Source: Roseovarius sp. (lineage in GTDB: Bacteria; Pseudomonadota; Alphaproteobacteria; Rhodobacterales; Rhodobacteraceae). From it: a stretch of 64,000 nt of DNA. Where the stretch lies: contig NZ_JBLXFE010000017.1 in NCBI RefSeq assembly GCF_048262375.1, forward strand, positions 581-64,580, given 5' to 3'. The notes under the pieces were generated by a model. The model had not been told where the DNA came from. It saw only the letters and a program-made list of their open reading frames with translations, and did not search any database. A program made the position numbers and the translations under genes. Positions 27,041 to 37,705 of the stretch are shown here, in pieces (positions within the stretch are counted from its first letter, which is position 1; each line of letters begins with the position of its first letter).

Positions 27041-28273
27041 ATGAGGAAACATTTGAAGAGAACGGTATTCGCTGCGACCGCGCTTGGTTTTGCGACCGCA
27101 TTCACCTTGCCGCAACAAGCGGTGGCGGCCGATGATATTCCGGTCGGCATCTTGTTGCCATTGTCGGGCTCGGTTGCCCCAATCGGTATCAACAACCGCC
27201 GTGGACACGAGCTTGCGATCGAGGAGATCAATGCCGACGGCGGGATCAAGTCGCTCGGCGGGGCCAAGCTGGTGATGGTGGACGGTGATACGCAAGGCAA
27301 CCCGAATGTGGGGATTTCCGAGGTCGAGAAACTGGCGCAACGGGGAGTTGTTGCGATCATGGGCGCCTATCAATCTGGCGTGACCTTTCCCACCACCCAG
27401 ATGTCCGAGCGCCTTGGCGTGCCGTTCATTGATCCGGTCGCAATTGCGGACTCGATCACAGAGGGCCGTGGTTTCAAATATACATTCAAGGTTTCGCCGC
27501 TGGCCTCTTGGTATGCGCGTGACCAAATCCGCTTTGTCATTGACGCCTCGACCGCCGCAGGCTCGCCTGCCAAGAGTATCGTTCTGTTGCATGAGGATAC
27601 GCTGTTCGGCACCTCAACCGCAGAAGGGCAAATCGCAGCGGCCAAGGAATTCGGGCTCGAAGTGTTGGCGGATATTTCCTATGGCAAAGATACGCCTGAC
27701 ATGACGTCGACCGTGGCGCAGATCAAGCATTTGAACCCGGATGCACTGTTGATGGTGTCCTATATCAACGACGCGGTTCTGGTCACCAAGACCATGAAAG
27801 AACTGGATGTGAACATTCCGATTATTGGCACATCTGCGGGCCATATCGACCCGGCCTATATCTCGAACCTGGGTGCGGATGCCGATCTCACCCTTACGGT
27901 CGGAGAGTGGAATACAGACCTTTCTAAAACCGGGGTCGCGGAGGTGGCGAAACGCTTTGAAGAAAAGTTCGGCGTTCCCATGAATGGCCATGCCGCCGAA
28001 ACCTACATGTCGACAATGGTTCTGCGCGCCGCTCTTGAAAAGACCGGGTCCACCGACCGCGACGCGCTGCGCGACGCGATCGCCGAAACCGAGATCTGCG
28101 GCGATGCGAACATCCTGCCCTATGACTGCATCCGTTTCGGTGAAAGCGGCCAGTCGCCCGAGGCGCAGCTGATCGTGCTTCAGATCATCGACGGCAAGCA
28201 CCAGACGGTGTGGCCTGCGGATGTGGCGGCGCAAAGCCCGGTCTGGCCCGTGCCAGCCTGGAGTGATCGCTGA
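27041..28273 (+). CDS. ABC transporter substrate-binding protein, LivK/LivJ (HAAT) family
   Basis: Sec signal ending AVA-A; VGILLPLSGSVAPIG, DTQGNP, IMGAYQSG and HEDTLFG. Confidence 0.93.
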   Translation: MRKHLKRTVFAATALGFATAFTLPQQAVAADDIPVGILLPLSGSVAPIGINNRRGHELAIEEINADGGIKSLGGAKLVMVDGDTQGNPNVGISEVEKLAQRGVVAIMGAYQSGVTFPTTQMSERLGVPFIDPVAIADSITEGRGFKYTFKVSPLASWYARDQIRFVIDASTAAGSPAKSIVLLHEDTLFGTSTAEGQIAAAKEFGLEVLADISYGKDTPDMTSTVAQIKHLNPDALLMVSYINDAVLVTKTMKELDVNIPIIGTSAGHIDPAYISNLGADADLTLTVGEWNTDLSKTGVAEVAKRFEEKFGVPMNGHAAETYMSTMVLRAALEKTGSTDRDALRDAIAETEICGDANILPYDCIRFGESGQSPEAQLIVLQIIDGKHQTVWPADVAAQSPVWPVPAWSDR

Positions 28274-28301
28274 GACGACCTGACGGCTTAAAACCAAGCA
28301 C

Positions 28302-28325
28302 GGCGCGCCCAACGAGGGGCGCGCC
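28302..28325. terminator. Intercistronic stem-loop after the SBP gene
   Basis: GGCGCGCCC-AACGAG-GGGCGCGCC (9-bp stem) with no U-tract, typical of an mRNA-stabilising hairpin. Confidence 0.6.
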
Positions 28326-28363
28326 ACGTCTGATCCGGATCTTTCCAGTGGTGGGGAACCTAT

Positions 28364-29236
28364 ATGTATGAGGTCTATCTTCAGGCCCTGATCAGCGGAT
28401 TGCTGATAGGGGGGGTCTATGCACTTGTGGCTGTCGGCCTGACGTTGATTTTCGGTGTCATGGACATCATCAATTTTGCGCATGGTGAGTTCCTGATGTT
28501 CGGGATGTATTCGGCGTTTTTTGCCTCGGTCTTGCTGGGCATTGATCCCTACATCATCATTCCGATCGCTCTACCGTTGTTTTTCGGGGTGGGCTGGTTT
28601 GTGCATGGCATCCTGATCCGGCCTGTGGTCGGAAAGAGTCACGCCATCCAAATCCTGCTGACGCTTGGTCTGTCGCTCTTCATGCAGGCCCTGGCGCAGT
28701 TTCTGTTCTCTGCCGATTTCCAGAGCCTTCAACTTGATTACGGTTCGTCCACCTTTGAGCTATTAGGCGCACGTGTCAGCTATACCAAGCTGGCGGCCTT
28801 TGTGATCTCGGTCGGTATGTGCGGTGCGCTCTGGATGTTTCTTCAGGGCACCGATACTGGCAAGGCTCTGCGCGCCTGCGCGGAAGAACACGAAGGCGCT
28901 CAGGCTGTCGGTATCGACCTCAACCGGATGTACAAGGTCGCCTTTGGCCTCGGCATTGCCTGTGTGGCTATCGCGGGCATCGCGATGACACCGTTTTTCT
29001 ATGTCGCGCCGCTGGTCGGGCCAAAGTTTACGCTGGTGGCCTTTGTGATCGTGGTTCTTGGTGGTCTCGGTAATATTCCGGGTGCGGTCGCCGGGGCGCT
29101 GATCGTGGGGGTGGTTGAGAGCGTTGGCGCGCTGGTCATGCCCTCGCCCTCGCTCAAGGACCTCGCGGTTTACGTTTTGTTCATCATGGTACTGCTCTTC
29201 CGGCCCCAGGGTCTATTCGGCGGAAAGGGGGCCTGA
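28364..29236 (+). CDS. Branched-chain-amino-acid-type ABC permease (LivH-like)
   Basis: GLTLIFGVMDIINFAHGEF, TDTGKALRA and VVLGGLGNIPGA. Confidence 0.93.
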   Translation: MYEVYLQALISGLLIGGVYALVAVGLTLIFGVMDIINFAHGEFLMFGMYSAFFASVLLGIDPYIIIPIALPLFFGVGWFVHGILIRPVVGKSHAIQILLTLGLSLFMQALAQFLFSADFQSLQLDYGSSTFELLGARVSYTKLAAFVISVGMCGALWMFLQGTDTGKALRACAEEHEGAQAVGIDLNRMYKVAFGLGIACVAIAGIAMTPFFYVAPLVGPKFTLVAFVIVVLGGLGNIPGAVAGALIVGVVESVGALVMPSPSLKDLAVYVLFIMVLLFRPQGLFGGKGA

Positions 29237-29237
29237 A

Positions 29238-30359
29238 ATGATACGCTTGCGTGACCATTGGTTCTATCTGCTCGTTCTGGCCGGTCTTCTGGTTCTGCCG
29301 TTGTTTACCGACTCGGATGCCATCAAGGCGGTGATGCCGAGCGGTCTGACCGGATCAGCCCTGTTGCACGTCTTTATCCTGATGTTCTTTTTCGCCTTCA
29401 TGAGCCAGAGCTGGAACATCATCGGCGGCTTTGCCGGGCAACTGTCGATTGGCCATGCCGCCTTTTTCGGGATAGGGGCCTATACATCGACGATCTGCTA
29501 TATCCATCTCGGGCTGTCGCCTTGGCTTGGCATGGTCGTGGCTGCCGGCTTTACCGCCATGATCGGGGCCGTGCTGGGCTTGATCAGCTTTCACTACGGG
29601 CTCAGGGGGCCATTCTTTACGCTGGTGACGGTCGCCTTCGCCGAGATCACCCGCCTGATTCTGCTGCATTGGGAATTTGTCGGCGCGGCGAATGGCATTC
29701 TGTTGCCCTATTCGCGTGACGCCAGTTTCTGGGATTTTCAGTTCAACGGCAAAGAGCCCTATTATTACATCGCCTTGCTGATGATGTTGTGCTCGATTGC
29801 CCTTGTGGCCTGGATGGCGCGCTCGCGCTTTGGCTATTACCTGCATGCGATCCGCCAAGACGAGGATGCCGCCGAGGCGGTGGGCGTGCCCACCAAACGC
29901 TGCAAGATTCAGGCGATCGCGCTTTCTGCGGCCCTCGCCGGGTTGGGCGGGACGTTTTACGCGCAATACACCCAGTATATCGTGCCCGATGATATGGTCG
30001 TCGGACGGGTCTCTGTCGAGATTCTGCTTGGCACGGTGATCGGTGGTGCGGGCACGATCATGGGCCCCATCGTCGGTGCCTTCATCCTGATCCCTGTCGG
30101 TGAGGCGACCCGCGTGATCTTTGAGGGCGGCGGTACTGGAATATCGCTGACCACGCTCATTCAGAGCGATGTCGGGCTGGCCGAGAAATTTTCCGGCTAT
30201 CTCGCCTATCTGATGGGCGGCGGCGGCGGCGGTCTTGCTGTCTTGCTGTACGGTATTTTGCTGATTGCCGTGGTCCTGGGCATGCCGGGTGGCGTCTTGC
30301 CCTGGTTAACCAGAAAGCGGAAGAGCTTTGCCAACTCTGACAAGAAGGGTGGATCATGA
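29238..30359 (+). CDS. Branched-chain-amino-acid-type ABC permease (LivM-like)
   Basis: WNIIGGFAGQLSIGHAAFFGIGAY, SRFGYYLHAIRQDEDAAEAVG and IGGAGTIMGP. Start at ATG 29238. Confidence 0.92.
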   Translation: MIRLRDHWFYLLVLAGLLVLPLFTDSDAIKAVMPSGLTGSALLHVFILMFFFAFMSQSWNIIGGFAGQLSIGHAAFFGIGAYTSTICYIHLGLSPWLGMVVAAGFTAMIGAVLGLISFHYGLRGPFFTLVTVAFAEITRLILLHWEFVGAANGILLPYSRDASFWDFQFNGKEPYYYIALLMMLCSIALVAWMARSRFGYYLHAIRQDEDAAEAVGVPTKRCKIQAIALSAALAGLGGTFYAQYTQYIVPDDMVVGRVSVEILLGTVIGGAGTIMGPIVGAFILIPVGEATRVIFEGGGTGISLTTLIQSDVGLAEKFSGYLAYLMGGGGGGLAVLLYGILLIAVVLGMPGGVLPWLTRKRKSFANSDKKGGS

Positions 30360-31098
30360 GCTTGTTCGAAGCCAGACAGGTAACCAAGAGGTTCGGTGGT
30401 TTGACAGCGGTCAACGCTGTGGATTTCAATGTCGAGCAGGGCGAGATTGTCGGCCTGATCGGACCGAATGGCGCTGGAAAGACGACGTTTTTCAACGTGA
30501 TTTCGGGGTTCATGAAGCCAGACGAGGGCGATGTGCGCTTTCTGGGCGAAAGCATCGTAGGCCACAAACCGTCCGATATCTGTAAACGCGGCATGACGCG
30601 CACCTTTCAGATCGTCAAACCTTTTCCGGAAATGACCGTCACGGACAACATCCTTGTGGGGGCGTTCAACCATCACCGTGATGCCGCCACGGCCAATAAG
30701 AAGGCGCGAGAAGTGATGGAACTGGTCGGTCTCGGCACGCAATCCGAAAAGCTGGGCCGCGAACTTACTGTGGCGGGGCGCAAGCGTGTGGAGCTTGCCA
30801 AGGCGCTGGCGACCGAGCCAAAGCTGATGCTGCTTGATGAAGTCATGGCAGGGTTAACGCCCTCCGAGGTGACCGGCATGATCGAAGTGCTCGGCCGGGT
30901 GCGCGATTCCGGTGTCACGATGGTGATCGTCGAGCATGTGATGCAGGTCATCATGAACCTGTCCGACCGGATTTATGTATTGCACCACGGCGAAGCCATC
31001 GCCGAGGGCTCACCAAAATCCATCACCAGTGATCCGAGAGTCATGGAAGCCTATCTCGGCGAAAGTTTTGTCGCAGAGGCTGGAGGAGAGCACGCAAC

Positions 31099-31102
<4 letters not shown>
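30356..31102 (+). CDS. ABC ATP-binding protein (LivG-like)
   Basis: KRFGGLTAV, GPNGAGKTT, LDEVMAG and AYLG. Confidence 0.95.
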
Positions 31103-31809
<707 letters not shown>

Positions 31810-31814
31810 TGGCC

Positions 31815-31842
31815 CTGCGGGGCGCCAATTGTCGCCCCGCAG
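31815..31842. terminator. Bidirectional hairpin between the convergent livF-like and qor genes
   Basis: CTGCGGGGCG-CCAATTGT-CGCCCCGCAG (10-bp perfect stem). Confidence 0.7.
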
Positions 31843-31863
31843 TCCTTGTGCATCGCTTTGGCT

Positions 31864-32868
31864 TTACTGACAGTCGAGCATGATTTTCCCGATATGTTTG
31901 CTCGAATCCATCAAGGCATGGGCATCGCATGTCTTTTCCAGCGGGAAGGTTTCATAGATCAGTGGCTTGACCTTGCCTGATTCAAGCAGCGGCCAGACAT
32001 GCGTGTGCAAGGCCTGCGCGATTGCCGCCTTCTGTTCCACACTGCGCGGGCGCAAGGTGGAACCGGTCAGCGTCAGCCGCTTGAGCATCATCGGCAAAAA
32101 GTCGAATTCCATTTTCGACGGTTTCTGAAATGCGATCTGAACCAGACGCCCTTCGATCGCCAAAGCCTCGATGTCGCGGGGGATATAATCGCCCCCGACC
32201 ATGTCGAGGATCAGATCGACGCCCTTGCCGTCGGTCAACTCTTTGACGACCGAGACATAATCTTCGTCGCGGTAATTGATCGCCCGCTCGGCACCAAGAT
32301 CAAGACAGGCCTGCGCCTTTTCGGAATTGCCGACAGTGGTGAAAATCCGCGCGCCAAATTCCCGTGCAAGCTGGATCGCGGTGGTCCCGATCCCGCTGGA
32401 ACCGCCATGGATCAGAATGGTCTCGCCTGCTTTCAGTCCGCCGCGCTCGAACACATTGGTCCAGACGGTGAAATAATTCTCGGGCAGGGCGGCAGCTTCG
32501 AGCAGGCTCAGCCCTTTGGGAACCGGCAGGCATTGAAGGCTGGGCGCGACACAATACTGGGCATAGCCCCCGCCGCCGACAAGGGCACAAACCTTGTCAC
32601 CCAGCTGCAAATCGCTCACCCCATCCCCGAGCGCGACCACTTCACCGGCGATTTCAAGTCCGGGAACCGGCGAGGCACCCGGTGGCGGATTATAGTTTCC
32701 CTCGCGCTGCATGACGTCGGGGCGGTTCACACCCGCGGCCGCGACCTTGATCAAAACCTCACCTGCGGCAGGCCGTGGAAGAGGGCCGCGCGCGGGCACC
32801 AGAGCATCTGGTCCGCCAAAGCTGGGCAGGTCGATATAGGTCATTTCGTCAGGCAGGCTACCGGTCAT
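31864..32868 (-). CDS. NAD(P)H:quinone oxidoreductase, zeta-crystallin/PIG3 family
   Basis: AAGVNRPD, GLEIAGEV, HGGSSGIG, GSTLRPR and HIGKI. Confidence 0.93.
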   Translation of the reverse strand: MTGSLPDEMTYIDLPSFGGPDALVPARGPLPRPAAGEVLIKVAAAGVNRPDVMQREGNYNPPPGASPVPGLEIAGEVVALGDGVSDLQLGDKVCALVGGGGYAQYCVAPSLQCLPVPKGLSLLEAAALPENYFTVWTNVFERGGLKAGETILIHGGSSGIGTTAIQLAREFGARIFTTVGNSEKAQACLDLGAERAINYRDEDYVSVVKELTDGKGVDLILDMVGGDYIPRDIEALAIEGRLVQIAFQKPSKMEFDFLPMMLKRLTLTGSTLRPRSVEQKAAIAQALHTHVWPLLESGKVKPLIYETFPLEKTCDAHALMDSSKHIGKIMLDCQ

Positions 32869-32971
32869 CAGATTGTCTCCTGTTATCTGGGTAGAGGGCC
32901 GAATTTTTGTTCGATTATCGTGGGTTAACTGTTATACATAAGGCATGTTGAAGCAAGGTCTAAGGTGGAAA

Positions 32972-33940
32972 ATGGGCAAGGTTTTCAGGGTGGGAATCAT
33001 CGGGTTGGGAGTGATCGGACGCCGGATGCTCGACAACATGCCCGCGCAGGGGCGACTTGTGGTTGCGGCGGGCTGGGACAGCGATAAAACGGTCTGCGAG
33101 ATGGCCCAAAAGGAGTACCCATGGCTGTCGCTTGCGGCCAGTGCAGAGGCGATGATCAGCGATCCCGCTATTGATCTGATCTATATCGGTGTGCCGCCCC
33201 GTGCGCATGGCCTTTATGCCCGCGCCGCGATCAAGGCCGGAAAAGCGGTATTTTGCGAAAAGCCGCTTGGTGTCGATCTCGCTGACAGCGCGGCGCTTGT
33301 CGCATTTGCCGCCGAGCATTCGGCCCGTCAAGCGATCAACCTCTCGCTGGCTGCCGCGCGCGGGGTTCAACATATGCGCAAAGCAATCGCCAATAACGAT
33401 ATGGGCCGGATTTCAGGGGCCGAAATTCGCCTGCATTTTTCCCAATGGCCGCGCGGCTGGCAGGCAAACGCCACGTGGCTCGCCCGGCGCGAAGAGGGTG
33501 GATTTGTGCGAGAGGTCGCAACCCATTTCCTGTATCTCGCTGAAACCTTGCTGGGCAGCGGGCGGCTTGTCTCATCGGGCGTGCGCTATCCCGATGAAGC
33601 CGGCGCGGCGGAAATCCTTGCCTTGGCCGAGCTTGAATGTGAGGGCGTTCCGGTCACGCTTGCCGGAACGGTTGGCGGGGCCGGGCCCGACCTCATAGAA
33701 TTCACGGTCTGGGGCGACAAGATATCGTTTCGCTTGACCGATTTCTATCGGCTGTGGTCGACGCAAGGCGGCGAATGGCAACAGGTTTTCCCCGCGATCG
33801 AGAACTTGGCGCGTGATGCCTATATGCTTCAGTTGGACGAGCTGGTGCTGATGCTCGAAGGCAAATCCCATGTTTTGCCGGGCTTTCAGGCCGCGTTCGA
33901 TGTGCAGGCCCATGTCGAGGCAATCCTTGCAGAGCGGTGA
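32972..33940 (+). CDS. Gfo/Idh/MocA-family oxidoreductase
   Basis: GIIGLGVIG, FCEKPL and GGFVREVATH. Start at ATG 32972. Confidence 0.9.
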   Translation: MGKVFRVGIIGLGVIGRRMLDNMPAQGRLVVAAGWDSDKTVCEMAQKEYPWLSLAASAEAMISDPAIDLIYIGVPPRAHGLYARAAIKAGKAVFCEKPLGVDLADSAALVAFAAEHSARQAINLSLAAARGVQHMRKAIANNDMGRISGAEIRLHFSQWPRGWQANATWLARREEGGFVREVATHFLYLAETLLGSGRLVSSGVRYPDEAGAAEILALAELECEGVPVTLAGTVGGAGPDLIEFTVWGDKISFRLTDFYRLWSTQGGEWQQVFPAIENLARDAYMLQLDELVLMLEGKSHVLPGFQAAFDVQAHVEAILAER

Positions 33941-33942
33941 AT

Positions 33943-35244
33943 TCAGACCGGTGAAACCCCAAGGCCAAGTCCAAGCCGCTCTGCGATGACGCCAACATCA
34001 TCCAAAAACGCCGCGTCGCCGTTGCGCGGACCAACAAGCTGAATCCCGACAGGAAGTCCGGTCGGGCCGGTCGCGCTTGGCAATGTGGCGCAGGGACCAA
34101 GCATCAGTGTCCATGTCCGGTTGAACAGCGGGTCGCCCGTGGCCGCAAGGCCATGCGGGGCCTCGCCGGGTGCGGCGGGGGTCAGAATGAGGTCAACCTC
34201 CTGAAACAAGCCCTCAAGCACGCGCCGACATGCGGCGGCGGTTTTCTCCGCCTCGGCAAGAACGCTGTCAGAAATGCTGTCCCCATAGGCAAGCACTTGG
34301 ACAAGTTGCGGTGACAAGGCTCCGCGGTGGTCTGCCCATTCTTGCGCAAGGGCCACCCGCGCGCCCCGTGAAAAGACGATGTTCTGACATTCTACCAAGG
34401 TGTTGAAGGCCTCGGGCAAGACCGGCTCTGTCACCGAAATGCCCGCATGTCTGAGTGTTGCGGCAGCGGATTCGACTGCCGTGCGGCTTTCGGCGCGTGC
34501 CTCGTGCCATTGCGCGCTGCGGACCATGGCCACCTTCGGCAGGCGCGTGCGCCGGGGGGCGGGGGCGTGTCCGGACTGAACCGAAAACCACAGTGCGGCA
34601 TCGCGCACCGACCGGGTGAAACAGCCAAGTGAATCAAGGGAAGAGGCCAGTGGTTTCACACCTGTGAGCTCAAGCAGGCCCTGCGTTGCCTTGAATCCGA
34701 CCGTGCCGCAAAAGGCCGCCGGGCGGATGACTGAACCGACGGTCTGTGTGCCAAGCGCGATCGGGGCCATGCCCGAGGCCACCGCCGCCGCAGAGCCGCT
34801 TGAGGATCCGCCGGGCGTGTGCGCGTAATTATGGGGATTGTGCGTCTTGCCCGGACGGAAGGTCGCGAACTCGGTTGTCACGGTCTTACCCATGATAACG
34901 GCCCCGGCCGCACGCAGCGCGCTGACACAGTTTGCATCCGCAGCGGGGCGGTGGCCGCTGTAGATCAAGGAGCCATAGCCGGTTGGCATCTCGGCGGTAT
35001 CAATGATGTCCTTGATCGCCACCGGCACGCCATGCAGCGGGCCCTTGGCGGGGGCGGCGTCGCAGGCGCGGGCCGCCGCGAGCGCCATGTTGGGGTCAAG
35101 AAATTCCCAAGCCGCAATCGACGGATCACGCTCGGCTATCCGTTCAAGACAGGCCCGCATCAGGGCTTCGCTGGTGGTGGCACCGGTCCGCACCAACTGT
35201 GCCATCGCGGTTGCGTCATACGCCCACAAATTTTCTGACACCAT
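33943..35244 (-). CDS. Amidase-signature-family enzyme
   Basis: GPLHGVPVAIKDII (Lys), HTPGGSSSGSAAAVA and GTQTVGSVIRPAAFCG. Confidence 0.92.
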   Translation of the reverse strand: MVSENLWAYDATAMAQLVRTGATTSEALMRACLERIAERDPSIAAWEFLDPNMALAAARACDAAPAKGPLHGVPVAIKDIIDTAEMPTGYGSLIYSGHRPAADANCVSALRAAGAVIMGKTVTTEFATFRPGKTHNPHNYAHTPGGSSSGSAAAVASGMAPIALGTQTVGSVIRPAAFCGTVGFKATQGLLELTGVKPLASSLDSLGCFTRSVRDAALWFSVQSGHAPAPRRTRLPKVAMVRSAQWHEARAESRTAVESAAATLRHAGISVTEPVLPEAFNTLVECQNIVFSRGARVALAQEWADHRGALSPQLVQVLAYGDSISDSVLAEAEKTAAACRRVLEGLFQEVDLILTPAAPGEAPHGLAATGDPLFNRTWTLMLGPCATLPSATGPTGLPVGIQLVGPRNGDAAFLDDVGVIAERLGLGLGVSPV

Positions 35245-35256
35245 AATTTCCCCTTG

Positions 35257-35286
35257 TTTAACAATATAATGCAGGGCATTGTTAAA
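35257..35286. promoter_or_regulatory. Imperfect inverted repeat TTTAACAAT...ATTGTTAAA just upstream of the amidase RBS
   Basis: Arms at 35257-35265 and 35278-35286, with an inner AATGC-AGG-GCATT. Confidence 0.45.
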
Positions 35287-36034
35287 GCTTCTTTGAACGC
35301 AGTCGTGCCGCAGTTTAGGTCAAATGCCCTGAGGCGTGTCTTGGCAGCAAGACCATAATCCGCGTCCCACATAGCACGAGGCGCAGCGGGTCGCTGCGAA
35401 AAAATGGGGGCTGCGCGACCCGCGTCGCGGGCTTGTTGGTAAATGCACCGGTGACAAGGTCAAAAGGCTCGGACGTCTACTTGGTTGCTGCGCCGAAAGG
35501 ACAGGGTTTTACACGCATGGTCATACGCTTGACAGGTCCAGTCATGCACGTCACGCCCTGCAATGCCAACGGGTGTGACCCGTCTGATACTGTGCACCGG
35601 CACCCGAGCGGTGTCAGAAATAACCACATCGGCCCTTCAGTCGGAGCGTGGCGTTTCAATGAGTTATAAATTGTAATAATACATGAATAACAACATGATG
35701 TGGATCACTCTTCAGGTTCTGAAATCGCTCATTATGGCGGGCCGGGCGTATTTGTAGCGGTCGAACCTGAGCCAACCTGATCCATTTCGCTGTCTCAGAA
35801 CGCGCTCCGAGATGATCCGCCCGGCAATGATCTGATCAACACAATCGTGACTGCAACGTTATCATAAGCGCGTTAGCAATGGGCCGATCAGGGGGGCAAA
35901 GGCCCGACACGCTCAATCGACGATATTGCACGAACGGGTATTTAGGATCATGAAGGCATGTAGTTTTACCCGGTTCGGCCTTTTTTGACGTTTCAGGGCG
36001 CGTCGGGCGGGATCAATTCACTGGAAAGGCCATC

Positions 36035-37705
36035 GTGCAACAACCCAATATTCTTCTCTTCATTCTCCAAGTGGCTGGCGCGGCTTCGCTGCTCATTTGG
36101 TCCGTGCGTCTTGTGCGGACCGGGGTGGAACGTGGGTTCTCCGTGCAATTACGGCAATGGCTTCGCCGGTCGTCCAAGAGCCGACTCTTGGCGATGTCCA
36201 CCGGAACCGGGACGGCTATTTTCCTGCAAAGTTCGACCGCTGTCGCGATCATGGTGTCGAATTTCGTATCCAAGGGCAGTATTTCCACTCTGGTCGGGCT
36301 CGCAATTTTGCTGGGCGCGGATCTGGGTTCGGCGATTGTCGCGCAGTTGCTCTTGGTCCGGCAGACGTTTTTGGTACCGTTGCTCTTGGTGGTCGGTGTC
36401 GCCCTGTTTTTACGCAGTGAGCATGGGCGCACGCGCAAAATGGGCCGTATACTGATAGGGCTATCGCTCATTTTCGTATCTCTGGACATGATCCGCAGTG
36501 CGGCAACCCCCCTGATCGACAGTCCCGGCACTGTTGCGGCCATGCAGTATCTTGGCAACGATCTTATGGCGGCATTCGCAATCGGGGCGGTCTTTGCGTG
36601 GGCGGTGCATTCCAGCGTTGCGGCGATCTTGCTGTTTGTGACCCTTGTGGCGCAGGGCTTGCTGCCCGCGACAGGGGCGGCAGCGATGGTGCTTGGCGCC
36701 AATCTCGGTGGTGCATTCATCGCCTATATTCTGACGCTGTCGTCGCCCGTTCCCGCCCGTCAGATGGTGGTGGCAAACCTTGTGCTTCGCGGCGGTGGCG
36801 CGGCTGTGGTGCTGATCATGTTTTCGCGTCTGGATGATCCTCTGTCATGGCTCGGGACCAGCCCGAGCCAGCAGACGATTAACCTTCACCTCGCGTTCAA
36901 TTTTTGCTTGGCGCTGGTGGCGATGCCCTTTCTTGGTCCGTTCGCGCGGTTGGCGGAAACCTTCTTGCCGGACCGGCCTGACCCTCTTGCTGAAATGGAG
37001 GGGGCCACTGCGCTTGAAACAACCGCCATTGATAATCCTCGCAGTGCGCTGACCGCTTCAGCGCGCGAAGTTCTGCACATCGGCGAGATGATCGAAACGA
37101 TGTTGCGCGCAACCGGGCCGCTGTTTCACCGATGGGATGATGGAACGGCAGACGCGATCAGAAAGAAGGACGCTCAGGTCAAGAATAGACATCAAAAGCT
37201 GAAACTCTTCCTTGCACAGATGAACCGTGGTGGGCTCGATGAGGACAACAGTCGAAAATTACATGAACTTGCCAACATAGCGGCCAATCTTGAGGCCGCG
37301 TCTGACTCGATTTCCCGTAATCTGACCGACCTGGCCAGAAGGTTGAACGCAGAAGGGGTGACGTTTTCTGAACAGGGTAGCCAAGAGATCAGCGATTTTC
37401 ATGACCGCGTCCTGACCAATGTGCAACTTGGCCTCAATGTCCTCATGACACAGAATCCGGATGCAGCCCGCGAGCTTGTCGCGGCAAAGGAGAAAGTTCG
37501 TTCGGTTGAACAAAACCTCCAACGCGAGCACCTTGGGCGGTTGCGGCAGGGATTGGTCGAAAGCATCGAGACAAGCAGCATTCACCAAGAAACGTTGAGA
37601 GTGCTCAAGCAGATCAACACCTCGTTCTCTATAATCGGTTACCCAATCCTGTCTGAGACAGGGGATTTGCTGGCAAGCAGGCTGGCACGTGAAGACGTCA
37701 AATAA
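36035..37705 (+). CDS. Na/Pi cotransporter family (NptA/YjbB-like) with C-terminal PhoU-like domain
   Basis: Two repeats (LQSSTA...LGADLG and VHSSVA...LGANLG), helical C-terminus (ETSSIHQETLRVLKQIN). Confidence 0.9.
   Translation: MQQPNILLFILQVAGAASLLIWSVRLVRTGVERGFSVQLRQWLRRSSKSRLLAMSTGTGTAIFLQSSTAVAIMVSNFVSKGSISTLVGLAILLGADLGSAIVAQLLLVRQTFLVPLLLVVGVALFLRSEHGRTRKMGRILIGLSLIFVSLDMIRSAATPLIDSPGTVAAMQYLGNDLMAAFAIGAVFAWAVHSSVAAILLFVTLVAQGLLPATGAAAMVLGANLGGAFIAYILTLSSPVPARQMVVANLVLRGGGAAVVLIMFSRLDDPLSWLGTSPSQQTINLHLAFNFCLALVAMPFLGPFARLAETFLPDRPDPLAEMEGATALETTAIDNPRSALTASAREVLHIGEMIETMLRATGPLFHRWDDGTADAIRKKDAQVKNRHQKLKLFLAQMNRGGLDEDNSRKLHELANIAANLEAASDSISRNLTDLARRLNAEGVTFSEQGSQEISDFHDRVLTNVQLGLNVLMTQNPDAARELVAAKEKVRSVEQNLQREHLGRLRQGLVESIETSSIHQETLRVLKQINTSFSIIGYPILSETGDLLASRLAREDVK

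Noticed and set aside
35290-36030. Riboswitch or ncRNA in the amidase-Na/Pi intergenic region (GAACCTGA near 35763 resembles part of TPP), and the short ORFs 35433-35669 and 35477-35659
   Set aside because: The other TPP consensus elements (CTGAGA, the TAAT..GCG.AGG stem) are missing. The ORFs have no recognisable motifs or RBS.
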